Virus record (IMG/VR): IMGVR_UViG_3300024999_000038 | Span: 86,269-150,268 of that record | Source of the DNA: a virus | Direction: 5' to 3' (one strand) | Length of the DNA: 64,000 nucleotides | Shown: positions 42,882-54,216 of the stretch, piece after piece | Layout of the letters: every line of letters starts with the position of its first letter | Numbering within the stretch: the stretch's first letter is position 1 | Position numbers and translations under genes: made by a program | The notes under the pieces: generated by a model | Seen by the model: the letters and a program-made list of their open reading frames with translations, nothing else | What the model was told of the DNA's origin: nothing | Databases searched by the model: none

Positions 42882-44318
42882 AGGATGATTGGTAATTGAA
42901 TTTTAATAAAGTTGAATTCTATCGTACAATTTATTGGATATTAATACCTATATTTGTAATATTGTTCATGTTTTTGTTTACACACTTACCATTATCAACT
43001 CAGGACAATGTTGTATGTGGGATGATTGTTTATCTAATAGTTGGTTATATAATTGAAAGAATTGCTTATTGGATTAATAATAGAATCAAAAATAAATAAC
43101 TTGAAACGACAAATTTAATTGTTAGGAGGTGTAATAAATTGATTGCTATTTTGAATTGGTTTGATAATCCAAGGATGGATGAGATGGAGAAAGTTATAAA
43201 GGGAGATGCGGTAAAATCTACTATAAATGATTTTGATTTAACTGAAGGAAAAGAATATGAGGTTATTGAAGTTAATAGTCCAACTATGATCACAGTTATG
43301 AATGATCTTGGAGAAATTGATATGTATTCTGTAGAATATTTTAAACTGTAGTACGAAATACAGAATTGAAAAGAAAGAAGGAATTAATAATGAAAGAATA
43401 TGTAATGGAGAATAAAGTGACTAATACAATGTTAGAAGAAAAGATTCAAGAAGCAAAAGAATTGCTTTGGGCAAATGGATACATAGTAAAGAAGTTTACC
43501 AAAGAAATGAATAAAGATGCTGATAAATGTGATGCTTCAGGTGGTGATGGAGATTGTATGGGTTGCTCATGTAATATGTGTATTATTCAATAAAATAAAG
43601 AAGGAGAAAAAAATAATGAAGAAATTTGAAGTTGTCAATTATAAAATTTGTCCTGATTGTAAATATAAAATTTCACCAGAAATTACACATGCTTATGCTA
43701 AAGAATGGTGTCCAGCCTGTGGTTGTAACTATGATGAAGTATTTCCTTTAGAAACAAAGAGTAAAAAATCAGAAACAATAGTGCGTAAAGAAATTGAATA
43801 TGTTAGTAGTGGATATGATGATGCAGTAAGAAGTGGATTATTGTAAAACTATCTAAAAATCAATTGAGAATGGAGTAAAATATTTATGAAAAGTAAAATA
43901 GAGAAGAAAACTGAGGAACTTATAGACCAACTACAAAACGAACAAGAACCTGTTAATGATTCTGAATGGCAAAGTGGATACAATAATGGTTTAGTCAGAG
44001 CATTAGAATTGCTTTGTGAATTTTATAGGGCAACAGAAGTTCAAGAAAGGAGATAATAGAAATTGAGAAATAAATTAATCATAGAAAAAGATAAACAATT
44101 AATTGACTCGCTAAAATTTAAACATAAATCTATCTCAGAGAATATTGAGCAATTAAATGATGAGAAATTACACCTAGAAACAAAATTAATCAAAAATCTA
44201 ATTTGTCCAAAATGCTATTCAATATTAAATAAAGAAGAACGTAAAGATTGTGATTGTAATTATTATGATTGTACGAATTGTTGGTATGATACATACAAGT
44301 AAGAATACTAGATAATTT

Positions 44319-44411
44319 TCACTTACTAAAATAATAAATCAACAAACCAATAAATGGTGTCAGAACAATAACTAATCCTAAAACTCTAATTACAATTTTC
44401 CCAAAATCCAT
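44319..44411 (-). CDS. 30-aa single-TM peptide MDFGKIVIRVLGLVIVLTPFIGLLIYYFSK (type I toxin-like); not in the ORF track
   Basis: RBS GAGGGT 8 nt upstream on the minus strand; local strand-composition switch; fills a gap free of + strand ORFs. Confidence 0.55.
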   Translation of the reverse strand: MDFGKIVIRVLGLVIVLTPFIGLLIYYFSK

Positions 44412-44967
44412 ATATCATTACCCTCTTATCTAAAAATAAAGAAGACCTTGCTATTAGAGGAGAGATTCAAAATAGCAAGGTCAAGCGTGTAGGACGAAGA
44501 AGAATATTTGATTGATAATAGTTTATCCATATTAGTAATTATTATGCAAAGTGAGATGATTAAAAATGACAGAAGTGAGGAATTTGAAATGTGATTTAGA
44601 GGTTGTTGATAAAAATGGTAAGGTTCAATGCTCCGCAATTTGTCTAGTTCATTTTATGACCGATGCTTGTTGTAAATATTGCGAAGAAACTAGAAGTTGC
44701 AAGAAAGTCTGTTGGTTAATTAAAGAAATCAGAAAAAGTAAGAAAGGGTGAGAAAATGAAATGTATAAAGGAAAATTGTAAATTTAATTTTATATCTTGT
44801 AATTTGGGGTTTTGTGAAGTAATTGGATCTTTTGTTCATGGAGAAGAACCAGAGTGTGTGTTGTCTGATAAAATTGTGCAAGTAGAAAATGAATTGAGAG
44901 AATATCAGTGTGCCTTAGATAAGATTATTATGTTTCATTATAAAAACGATAAGAAAGAGGTTAAGCA

Positions 44968-45561
44968 ATGAGTGTAGTTGTAGCAATTAAAGATAATGAT
45001 AGAATATGGTTGGGTTGTGATAGTCAAGTCACCTACGGTTATACAAAATCTACATTAAAATCGCAAAGAAAAATATGGAGAGTTGAAGATGAAGAAAATT
45101 TAGTTATGGGTTTAGTAGGCGTTTGTAGAGACATGGACATTTTATCTACAACAGAAGATTGGATTGAGGAATTACCTAAACTAAAGAACGAGGTAAATTT
45201 TAAATACATAGTTAGAAAAATTGTTCCAAAGATTTTTAGTGAGTTAAATAAATTCGGTAGAATGGAAACAAAGAATGGTCAATGGTTTATTGATTCTAGT
45301 GTAACATTTGCTTATAAAAACAATGCTTATCAGATTGGACATAATGGTGAAGTTATGGAAATTGATGATATCTTAATTAGTGGTTCTGGGCGTACTTTAG
45401 GTATAGGGGCATGGAATAATTTAAAGGACAATAAAGAAATGAGCATTAGAGATAAATTGGTGCAAGTGGTTAAATCAGCTTGTGAGAGTGATTTGTATGT
45501 TAATTATCCAATTATTATCATGAATACGGTAGATAAAGAAATTGAGATTATTGAAAAGTAA
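44968..45561 (+). CDS. Ntn-hydrolase / proteasome beta-subunit (HslV)-like protein
   Basis: M-S-VVVAI, LGCDSQVT, KIW, ISGSG; N-terminal Ser nucleophile position. Confidence 0.7.
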   Translation: MSVVVAIKDNDRIWLGCDSQVTYGYTKSTLKSQRKIWRVEDEENLVMGLVGVCRDMDILSTTEDWIEELPKLKNEVNFKYIVRKIVPKIFSELNKFGRMETKNGQWFIDSSVTFAYKNNAYQIGHNGEVMEIDDILISGSGRTLGIGAWNNLKDNKEMSIRDKLVQVVKSACESDLYVNYPIIIMNTVDKEIEIIEK

Positions 45562-45574
45562 GGAGTAAATAACG

Positions 45575-45742
45575 ATTAAACTTAATCCTTATGATTGGCA
45601 AGATGTTTTATATTGGTTTGAAGATGAATCAGAAATATTTGAGTTTATGAGAGAAAATGAAGATATAATTGTGAAATATTCTTTAGAAAATAATATGACT
45701 ATTAGGGATGGAATTTGGTATTTGTTTAAAGTAAGGGATTAA
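45575..45742 (+). CDS. 55-aa hypothetical protein with probable ATT start; not in the ORF track
   Basis: AGGAG RBS at 45561-45565; open frame (I)KLNPYDWQDVLYWFEDE... fills the gap before tdk. Confidence 0.45.
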   Translation: MKLNPYDWQDVLYWFEDESEIFEFMRENEDIIVKYSLENNMTIRDGIWYLFKVRD

Positions 45743-45780
45743 TCATCCAATTATTAATAAATTATAAGGAGTGGATTAAA

Positions 45781-46425
45781 ATAGCACAACTTTATTTTAG
45801 GTATGGGACAATGAATGCATCAAAGTCCATGCAACTTTTAGCAGTAGCTCATAATTATCAAGAACAAGATAAGAAAGTATTGATATTTTATCCTGCCACA
45901 GACACAAGGGGTGATGATGGGGCAGTAAGTTCAAGAATTGGAATTAGTAAACCTGCGATAAAGATTGACGGTAAACTCAATATAATTTCAGCAGTAAAAA
46001 GCATTATGCCAGATTGTGTATTAGTTGATGAATCCCAATTTTTAACCAAACAAAATATATTAGATTTTGCAAAAGTAGTTGACGAATTAAATATTCCTGT
46101 AATATGTTATGGGTTGCTAAGAGATTTTAAAAATGAGTTATTTGAGGGAAGTTACAATTTGGTATGTTATGCTGATAAATTAGAGGAAATTAAAACAATC
46201 TGTACGTATTGTAATAAAAAAGCAACAATGGTTTTAAGATTTGTAAATAATGAACCTAAATACGAAGGAGAACAGGTACAAATAGGTGGTAATGAGAGTT
46301 ATAAATCTGTTTGTAGGAAACATTACTTTAATCCAAAATACAAAGAAACTGGAAAAGTAAAAAACGCAGAATATTATTATCCGTCTTATATTCATAAAAT
46401 GCAAAACCCTGTAATCCCATTGTAG
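45781..46425 (+). CDS. tdk: Thymidine kinase; probable ATA start at 45781
   Basis: In-frame ATA-AQLYFRYGTMNASKS matches the canonical TK N-terminus; VSSRIG, LVDESQFL, YGLLRDF, CTYC, IGGNESYKSVCRKHY. Confidence 0.95.
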   Translation: MAQLYFRYGTMNASKSMQLLAVAHNYQEQDKKVLIFYPATDTRGDDGAVSSRIGISKPAIKIDGKLNIISAVKSIMPDCVLVDESQFLTKQNILDFAKVVDELNIPVICYGLLRDFKNELFEGSYNLVCYADKLEEIKTICTYCNKKATMVLRFVNNEPKYEGEQVQIGGNESYKSVCRKHYFNPKYKETGKVKNAEYYYPSYIHKMQNPVIPL

Positions 46426-48251
46426 TAAGGGTTTCAGAAATCAATAATTGCTATGAAATCAGGATTTTAAACTACATCGAAAGGAGAAACAATGATAAAA
46501 ATAAGAGAATATCAATGGGATAAAATTGGCACAGAACAATTATTTTCTATAACTATTCCTCAAAACTCTCAAGAAAGAATTATTGAATATTCTTCATGGG
46601 AAGATTATTGTAACGATATCATAAGAATTGATAGTATGAAAGCATTACAATATCCATCTTTACCAAGACAAACAAGAATTAATGATAACTCTTTATGTCG
46701 TACTGATAAATGGATTTCTTTTGATTTTATACACAGACTTCTTAGAAAAGAAATAATGCATTATGCTGAACCAATTTCTGATTGGTGGAGTATGAATAAG
46801 AATTGAGAGGGGGACAATGATATGGAATTATCAAAATATCCAGTTATTTATAATGAAAATGAATATAGGGTTGATATATCTAAAGATTATATTAGTCTTG
46901 GAGAACACCAATGGAAAGTTCAAGTTTATAAATTTTTATTAAAAACATTACCATTTGGACGCACAAAATATAAATGGGAAAAAGTTTATACCTATAATAG
47001 TGGATGGCATGATTATAAAAAATGGTTGGATAATTTTATTGAGCTTGCAAAATTAGTAGTCATAAGGTATGAAGAATCCATTAAGGCACAAGAAGAATCT
47101 AAAAATAAAGAAAAACAAAGTATTAAACAATGGAATGAATGGGATGGTATAATTGAATGATTAAACCATTAATTGAATTAATAACTAATGAATCAGGAGA
47201 TTGGGAGGTATTACAAGTAAATTTAGGTGAAGATTTTATACGTGAAGGACATAGAATTTCTAATGAAGATTGGATTAAGTTATTAAAGGAGTTAGGTTAT
47301 CCAGTTGCTAAGAAATGTTTATCAGATGAAAATATGGAATATGGTGATTATAACGTGGAAGGGATTGAATAAATGACAAGAACAATAGATTATGCTAAAT
47401 GTCCTAATTGTGGTAAGAAATTCGAAATGGGATTTAATAATTATTGGATGTCATCTGCTTTTGGAGAATATTCATTTAATTATACAAACCACACTTGCGA
47501 AGATTGTGGATGTAATTTTAAAATGACTGTGAAAAAGCAGACTGTATTTAATACAAAAGAAAATAAAGGAGGATAAAATAATATGAGTTATGATAAAGAT
47601 GTAGAAATTAGATTAGAGACAGTTAAAAATAATTCACAAAACTTAAATTTCTCAATTCCTTTAGATTATTTTTGGAATAGTTTAAGTGAAGAGGATTTAT
47701 CAGAAATCGCTAAACAATTTGTAAGTAGTGGATTATTAACTAAAGTCTTAAAAGAACTCATTGATGAACCATCTTTGCCCTCAGTCATGTTTGGTTCTAC
47801 GGATCAAAATTATATTGAATTTAAAGAAACTCTGATTAATTTAGTTGATGATTTAAAAGAAAGTTACATAAGGGATTTAGAACAGGCTGAAATGCATAGG
47901 TGGTGGCAAGTAAGTAGGAGTCTTGATAAAATTGTAAAAACCATATGTCCAGATAGAAATATACATTGCACTACACAACCTCATATTGATGGATTTTTAG
48001 TGATTGACAAAGATAGGAATAAAGACGGTCAATTTAATATAAATTTATTAGATTGGACTTGTTATATTTCCAATGAAAAAACTAATGGAAAAGATGCCGA
48101 TAATTACTTTTATGAGGTAAGGAGAGAACTTGTAAATATTATTGATAATGGCAATAGATATTATGAAATAATGGAAGATTATCGAATTAAAAATCTAAAA
48201 TTAGAAAGTAGGATTAGAGAATTAGAAAATAAATTAAAGGAGTGTAAATAA

Positions 48252-48779
48252 ATGAAATACAAACCAACAATTATAGTAAGTGCCTTCCCTGCTTGCGGAA
48301 AATCGTATATGTTCAATAATTATAACGACAAACCATTTACTATGCTAGATTCAGATTCAAGTAATTTTAGTTGGATTAAGGATAGTGAAGGTAACAACAC
48401 AAAAGAAAGAAATCCAGAATTTCCTGAGAACTACATCAAACATATTAAAGATAACATAGGTAAAGTAGATGTTATCTTTGTGTCCAGTCATGATATTGTA
48501 AGAAAAGCATTGAATGACAATAAGATTAATTTCTTTATGGTTTATCCTGATAAAAGTATGAAACAAGAATGGATTAGACGTTTTAGAGAAAGAGAAAATA
48601 ATGAAATTTTTATCAAGTTTATTTATGATAGTTGGGATAATTTCATTGATGAAATTGAGAATGAAGAGAAATGTTTAAAAGAAAGATTATCTTTTGATAA
48701 TCCATATATTGATAATAAATATCTTGCAGGTTGTTTTGATACTAGTATGGGTAATTTGTCTAGTATGTGGTGGAATTAA
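48252..48779 (+). CDS. Small P-loop kinase-like phage protein
   Basis: SAFPACGKS Walker A; DSDSSNFSW; FPENYIKHIK; VIFVSSH. Confidence 0.65.
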   Translation: MKYKPTIIVSAFPACGKSYMFNNYNDKPFTMLDSDSSNFSWIKDSEGNNTKERNPEFPENYIKHIKDNIGKVDVIFVSSHDIVRKALNDNKINFFMVYPDKSMKQEWIRRFRERENNEIFIKFIYDSWDNFIDEIENEEKCLKERLSFDNPYIDNKYLAGCFDTSMGNLSSMWWN

Positions 48780-48974
48780 GAAAAATCCAAAAAGCTAAAA
48801 CCATTGCTACATAAGGGTTTTGAAGATCAATACTTCCGATGAAAACGATGTTTGATTTGGTTTAAAAAGTACGTAAAGTAATAAATAAATATTTGACATA
48901 ATTGACTTCACCATGTATTATTAGATAGACAAAAGATGAGGTTTATATTTTTATAAAAAGAAGGAGAGATATTA

Positions 48975-50300
48975 ATGGAAAAAGTATTAGAAATTATTAA
49001 TCAAATTCAAAACACATCAGGACGGAACGATAAAGAATTTATTATTAAGTCAAATAAAGACAATCAATTACTTAAGGATATTTTTAAATTCGTTTATAGT
49101 TTAGAGGTAAAGACAGGTATCAAACGTAAGAAACTTGAAAAGGAAGTTAAATCTAAACCCACTATAAAAATTACAGACTTTTATAGTTTAAGAGATTTTC
49201 TTATTGTTAATGGGACTGGTTCAGATGAAACAATAGCAAATATTCAACGATTCTTGTCAGAGCAAACAGATAAAATGAAAGAACTCTACATACAAATTAT
49301 TCTTCAAGATTTAAGAGGTGGCCTTAGTGAAAAAACTATCAATAGTGCTTTAGGATATGAATTTATTTATATTCATAAACTTGAAAAGGGGGAAGTAGCC
49401 GAAGAAAGACATTTAAAATTACTTAAAGGAAAAGAATTTGGTATATATAAAAAGTTAGATGGATATAGGGCTGAAATTGAAGTTGGCAATGGCAAAGTAA
49501 AAATTATGACTTCAGGTGGAGAATTATATAAAGAACTAGTTGATTTAGAAAGAGTTCTATTGAATTCAGATTTACCACATGGGGTATTTGCCTGTGAGCT
49601 GTTAGCAATCGATCTAGAAGGAACAATGACAAGAATGGAAGTATTTAATAAGACAGGGTCAATTCTAAGAAGAGATGGAGAGAAACATGGAATTGAAGTT
49701 AATGTATTTAATTTTATTCCTGACAATGGGTTCTATGAAGGAAAACATTCTATGATTTGTAGAGATAGAAAGAATCTAGCAAAACAATTGGTAGATAAGA
49801 TTAATTCTCCATTGGTTAAAAATGTAGAACCTTTCTATATTGGAACTGATTTATCCCAAATTGATTATTGGTTTGAAAAAATGATGGAACAAGAAGACGA
49901 GGGTATTATGGTCTTACCATTAGATCAAAAGTATGTTGGGAAAAAATCATATCAACAAATGTTAAAAGTTAAAACAGAAAAAGAAGCTGATTTACGTGTA
50001 ATTGGTTTTGAAAAAGGTGAAAAAGGCAAAGAATTTGAAAATACATTGGGTAAAATAATTGTAGATTATAAAGGCAATTCTGCAAATGTAATGTGTGGTT
50101 ATAAGGTTAAATATAATTCGGAAAAATATGATGACAGAATGGTTAGAGATTATATTTGGACACATCAAGACGAAATACTAGGTAAGATTGTTAAGGTTAG
50201 GTATACCGATGAGACTACTAATGATAAAGGTGGAGTAGATTTAAGGTTGTGTAGATTGATTGAGTATCGTGACGATAAGACAGAACCCAGTTACAATTAA
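48975..50300 (+). CDS. ATP-dependent DNA ligase
   Basis: KLDGYR (motif I), EGIMV, LKVK, ADLRVIGFEKG, RDDK C-terminus. Confidence 0.93.
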   Translation: MEKVLEIINQIQNTSGRNDKEFIIKSNKDNQLLKDIFKFVYSLEVKTGIKRKKLEKEVKSKPTIKITDFYSLRDFLIVNGTGSDETIANIQRFLSEQTDKMKELYIQIILQDLRGGLSEKTINSALGYEFIYIHKLEKGEVAEERHLKLLKGKEFGIYKKLDGYRAEIEVGNGKVKIMTSGGELYKELVDLERVLLNSDLPHGVFACELLAIDLEGTMTRMEVFNKTGSILRRDGEKHGIEVNVFNFIPDNGFYEGKHSMICRDRKNLAKQLVDKINSPLVKNVEPFYIGTDLSQIDYWFEKMMEQEDEGIMVLPLDQKYVGKKSYQQMLKVKTEKEADLRVIGFEKGEKGKEFENTLGKIIVDYKGNSANVMCGYKVKYNSEKYDDRMVRDYIWTHQDEILGKIVKVRYTDETTNDKGGVDLRLCRLIEYRDDKTEPSYN

Positions 50301-50315
50301 GAAAGGAATGATTAT

Positions 50316-50771
50316 ATGATTAAAATAGTTGATGGAGACATTTTGCAAGCAACAGAAGATATATGGTGTCACCAGACAAATGCAAAGGGTGTAATGGGTG
50401 GAGGAATCGCAAAACAAACCAAAGAAAAGTATCCAGAGGTTTATAAAGCATACAAAGAATTATGCGAAAAACACAATTCAAAAGATTTATTAGGAGCAGT
50501 TCAATATGTTGAATGTCATGATGGATATATTATAGCAAATTTATTTGGACAAGAGGGTTTTGGTAGAAATAAACAATATACTGACTATAATGCTTTAAGA
50601 AATGCATTAAATATTGTTTACAAAAGAGTAAAACGATATCATGAATCAGTTGCAATTCCGTTCAATATTGGATGCGGTTTAGCAGGAGGTTCTTGGCCTT
50701 TTGTGTATAGTATGATCGAAGAAGTTTTTCACGATTACGATGTAACTCTATATAGATGGGAGGTGAAATAA
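50316..50771 (+). CDS. Macrodomain (ADP-ribose processing) protein
   Basis: GDIL, HQTNAKGVMGGGIA, IANLFGQ, TDY, AIPFNIGCGLAGGSW. Confidence 0.93.
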   Translation: MIKIVDGDILQATEDIWCHQTNAKGVMGGGIAKQTKEKYPEVYKAYKELCEKHNSKDLLGAVQYVECHDGYIIANLFGQEGFGRNKQYTDYNALRNALNIVYKRVKRYHESVAIPFNIGCGLAGGSWPFVYSMIEEVFHDYDVTLYRWEVK

Positions 50772-50772
50772 T

Positions 50773-51999
50773 TTGAGCTATGACTTTAAAAGTTTATATT
50801 TAGTAAAAGTTGAGCCAAATGCGAATAATAATAAGTTCTACCGTATGATCCAGACAGATAATAATAATTTTACTGTAGAGTATGGTCGTATTGGAGCAGG
50901 AGGTTTTCAAACAACACATTATGATATGAGTCAATGGAATAAAAAAGCAAAAGAAAAAGAGAAGAAGGGTTATGCAGATAATACTAGATTAGTTGCAGAA
51001 GTTATTGTAAAAGACAAAAAGAAAAAAGAATATCTAGACATTCCAAATCAAGTAATCGCATCTATTGTGTCAAGGCTTCAATCTATGGCACGACAAGCTA
51101 TTGCTGATAATTATACAATTTCTTCTAATAAAGTTACTCAAGTAATGATAGATGAAGCACAATTGACTTTAGATGGTTTAATGAATGCCGATAATATTGA
51201 ATTGTTTAATAAAATTTTAGTAGAATTATTTAAGATTATTCCACGGAAGATGAAAAAGGTTAAAGATAATTTAGCTAAAAAGGTTGAAGATTTTGGTGAG
51301 ATTATTCAGAAGGAACAAGATTTACTCGATGTAATGAAGGGGCAAGTAGTAACCCAATCCATAACTAAAGAAGACGAAGAAGATATTATTGAAAACGAAC
51401 CAGTCAATAATCAAACTATTTTGGATGTTATGGGTTTGCAATTTGAAGAAATAACTGAAAAAGAAAAAGAGTTGATTAAGAAGAATCTTGGTTCAATCGG
51501 TGATAAATTCTATCAAGCATGGAAAGTCGTAAATACAAAGACACAAGAGAAATTTGATACATATATTAAAGACAATAATATCAAAAATAAAAAACTATTG
51601 TTTCATGGTAGCAGGAATGAAAATTGGTGGAACATTATCAACACAGGATTAGTTCTAAGGCCATCAGCAGTAATCACAGGAAAGATGTTTGGGCATGGCA
51701 TATATTTCGCCCCTAAAGCCCAAAAGAGTCTAGGATATACCTCTTTACATGGTTCATATTGGGCAGGAGGAAGTTCGAATTCGGCATTCATGAGTTTGTA
51801 TGATGTGGCCTATGGTAAACCTTACGATGTTCATTCTTTTGATAATGTGTATCATAATTTTAATTATGAGTTGTTACAAAGGCACTGCCCAGGTGCTCAT
51901 TGCTTACATGCTCACGAAGGAAGTATGTTAAGAAATGATGAGATTATTGTCTACAAAGAAGACCAATTAACAATTAAATATTTAATAGAACTAAGATAA
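50773..51999 (+). CDS. PARP-like ADP-ribosyltransferase (WGR, regulatory helical and catalytic domains)
   Basis: NNNKFY, YGRIG, KEKKGY (WGR); LFHGS, GKMFGHGIYFA, KSLGY, NDEIIVY (H-Y-E triad intact). Confidence 0.9.
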   Translation: MSYDFKSLYLVKVEPNANNNKFYRMIQTDNNNFTVEYGRIGAGGFQTTHYDMSQWNKKAKEKEKKGYADNTRLVAEVIVKDKKKKEYLDIPNQVIASIVSRLQSMARQAIADNYTISSNKVTQVMIDEAQLTLDGLMNADNIELFNKILVELFKIIPRKMKKVKDNLAKKVEDFGEIIQKEQDLLDVMKGQVVTQSITKEDEEDIIENEPVNNQTILDVMGLQFEEITEKEKELIKKNLGSIGDKFYQAWKVVNTKTQEKFDTYIKDNNIKNKKLLFHGSRNENWWNIINTGLVLRPSAVITGKMFGHGIYFAPKAQKSLGYTSLHGSYWAGGSSNSAFMSLYDVAYGKPYDVHSFDNVYHNFNYELLQRHCPGAHCLHAHEGSMLRNDEIIVYKEDQLTIKYLIELR

Positions 52000-52349
52000 G
52001 ATCAAAAAATAAAAAATAAAGGAGATATGAAAGAATGAGTAATAGAGATGCAGAGATTAAAACAATTAAATATTATGGAACGAAACAGTATTTTGTAGAA
52101 ACAGACGCAAGGACAGGAGAAGTTATTAAAGATAGTTCTTTTAAGATAAAAACAAAAAGTGAACGAGTAATACATAGTGATTTGGCAACTATAGTAATTC
52201 TTGATGATGGGTCTAAAGGTGTGGCAAAGTGTATGCCAGAAGACGAATATGATAAGACAAAGGGAATTAAGATTGCATATCTTAAAGCAAAGATTAAATC
52301 ATTGAATAAAGAGTTGAAAGAACTGATCAAGTAATTAGACAAATAAAAT

Positions 52350-52539
52350 AATTGAGCGAGGGAATGAAAAAACAGATCCAGTCACAATAAAAACAGAATC
52401 CCAAACTGTGTGATTAATGATAAAACTGGGTAATGCTCAATTTATAATACGATATGTTTAAGGACTAACTAGGATTCGGTAACTGAAAACTACAAAAGGC
52501 TTTTGCTAAGTGTTTCACTTTTGTAGCTGTTAGTCCTTA
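52350..52539 (+). ncRNA. Candidate structured non-coding RNA (two nested multi-stem domains)
   Basis: AATTGAGC/GCTCAATT, CCAGT/ACTGG, TCACA/TGTGA; TAAGGACTAAC/GTTAGTCCTTA enclosing CTACAAAAG/CTTTTGTAG; unusually long gene-free gap. Confidence 0.35.
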
Positions 52540-52873
52540 TTTAATGAAAAATAATTCATAATATTATAAATTTCGTAGAGAAAGAAGGTGAATAATAAAT
52601 GGAAACAAATTTAAGTATAATTAGTATTGATAATCTTATTGAGAATTTAAGAAAAATGGAAAAAGTTAATCATAAAAAAGTCTTCGTAATAAAATATGAT
52701 ACTTCTGGTTGGCTTCATATTACACAAATGGATAAAGAGTATCTAGAATCTAAAATAAAATGTAAATTGGACGTTAGGATAGATAACGACAACGACATAC
52801 TTCAAATAGCAATATTTTCATAATTAACAAGCTGTTGATTTAAAATATCGATTTTATAGTATAGAAAAAGGAT

Positions 52874-53182
52874 GTGTTAACAATTATTAAACTATTAGAA
52901 AAAATACAAGAATTAAGTATTCAAAATGGTAAGACATTGGAACAAATATGTCTTAAACTATCAGAAGAAACTGGTGAATGTTCACAAGCGTTATTATCTT
53001 ATGTAGATGCTGAAGGAAGTATTTACAAAGGGTTAGGTTCACAAGATGTTAAAGAAGAATGTATAGATGTAATTATGGTTGCCATATCATTGTTTTATAA
53101 ACTTGGTGGCAATAATGAAGAATTGGTTAATCTTCTTAATGAAAAAATGAAGAAATGGCAAAATAAAGTTAATATAAAATAA
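52874..53182 (+). CDS. MazG-like nucleotide pyrophosphohydrolase
   Basis: KLSEETGECSQA and EECIDV (ExxE...ExxD) motifs. Confidence 0.85.
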   Translation: MLTIIKLLEKIQELSIQNGKTLEQICLKLSEETGECSQALLSYVDAEGSIYKGLGSQDVKEECIDVIMVAISLFYKLGGNNEELVNLLNEKMKKWQNKVNIK

Positions 53183-53202
53183 ATATAATTTGTAAGGAGA
53201 GT

Positions 53203-54216
53203 TTGATAATGAATATAGAATGGTATGAAAATATACCTGTTATGCTTAATAATCATGGAGACCCATTAACAGACAATCAAGTAGAAAGTACAATACTTAA
53301 AGTTAAATCATTAGTGGGTTGTGACAATGTGGTGGGAATTTGTACAAAAGCTGTTCCAAGTGAGAGTGCATATCAACAACTTAAACAAATAATGAATATA
53401 AAAGATGTAAAATTATTTATGGCGTATTCTTTAACTGGCTTAGATGAAGGAAATTATAGTTTTGAAGAAAGAGAAGAAACTATAATGCGACTATATGATA
53501 TGTTTGGTCAAATGAACATACTTCTTAGACCACTTATAAAAGGAAGGAATGATTCACATGAAAATATCAAGCGTATTGTTGAAATTGCTGCTGAAACTGG
53601 TAATAATATAATTTTAGGTGGATTACATAATAGAAAATTATTAAAGCAATTGAAGGATGATACTAAAGGTTACTTTATTGATTGTTGTAATGCTAATGGG
53701 GTAAGATACTTCAATAAAACATCTTGTGTAATTGCATATCAATATAATACAACTTGTAAAGTGCATGATATTGTAAACAATAAACCAAAGAATCTAGACG
53801 TTATTGATAGACTAGGATATAAATATACATTGTATAATGGTCATATATTATTAGATTGGGCTTCATCAGGAGATATGAATTTAGTAAGGTATATTACAGA
53901 GTCTTTACCGTACACTAAAAAATTGACATCTCGATTGAATCGAATATCATCTAATGAAAATCATAATTATGAACTTACATCTGGGTGGTTATCTTGGAGT
54001 AATAATGCCGATTGTCCGATAAAGTGTGACTATTGTGTTATGTCACTAATAGACTATTTGGTTGATAAAACTCCCGTAGGTTGTCATCCAAAAGATTTGC
54101 AAGATATAACAATCCGTGATACTTTTGATGGTGATGCCATAGATGTGGTAGCAAAGGATAAGTATATTTCATACAACGATTATAGAGTACCACAAGATTG
54201 CATAAAGTATAGATGA
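53203..54216 (+). CDS. Radical-SAM-like protein with C-terminal CxxxCxxC (apparently circularly permuted)
   Basis: Barrel-like motifs NNHGDPL, ICTKA, YSLTGL and LRPLIKGRND precede CPIKCDYC at residues 271-278. Confidence 0.55.
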   Translation: MIMNIEWYENIPVMLNNHGDPLTDNQVESTILKVKSLVGCDNVVGICTKAVPSESAYQQLKQIMNIKDVKLFMAYSLTGLDEGNYSFEEREETIMRLYDMFGQMNILLRPLIKGRNDSHENIKRIVEIAAETGNNIILGGLHNRKLLKQLKDDTKGYFIDCCNANGVRYFNKTSCVIAYQYNTTCKVHDIVNNKPKNLDVIDRLGYKYTLYNGHILLDWASSGDMNLVRYITESLPYTKKLTSRLNRISSNENHNYELTSGWLSWSNNADCPIKCDYCVMSLIDYLVDKTPVGCHPKDLQDITIRDTFDGDAIDVVAKDKYISYNDYRVPQDCIKYR

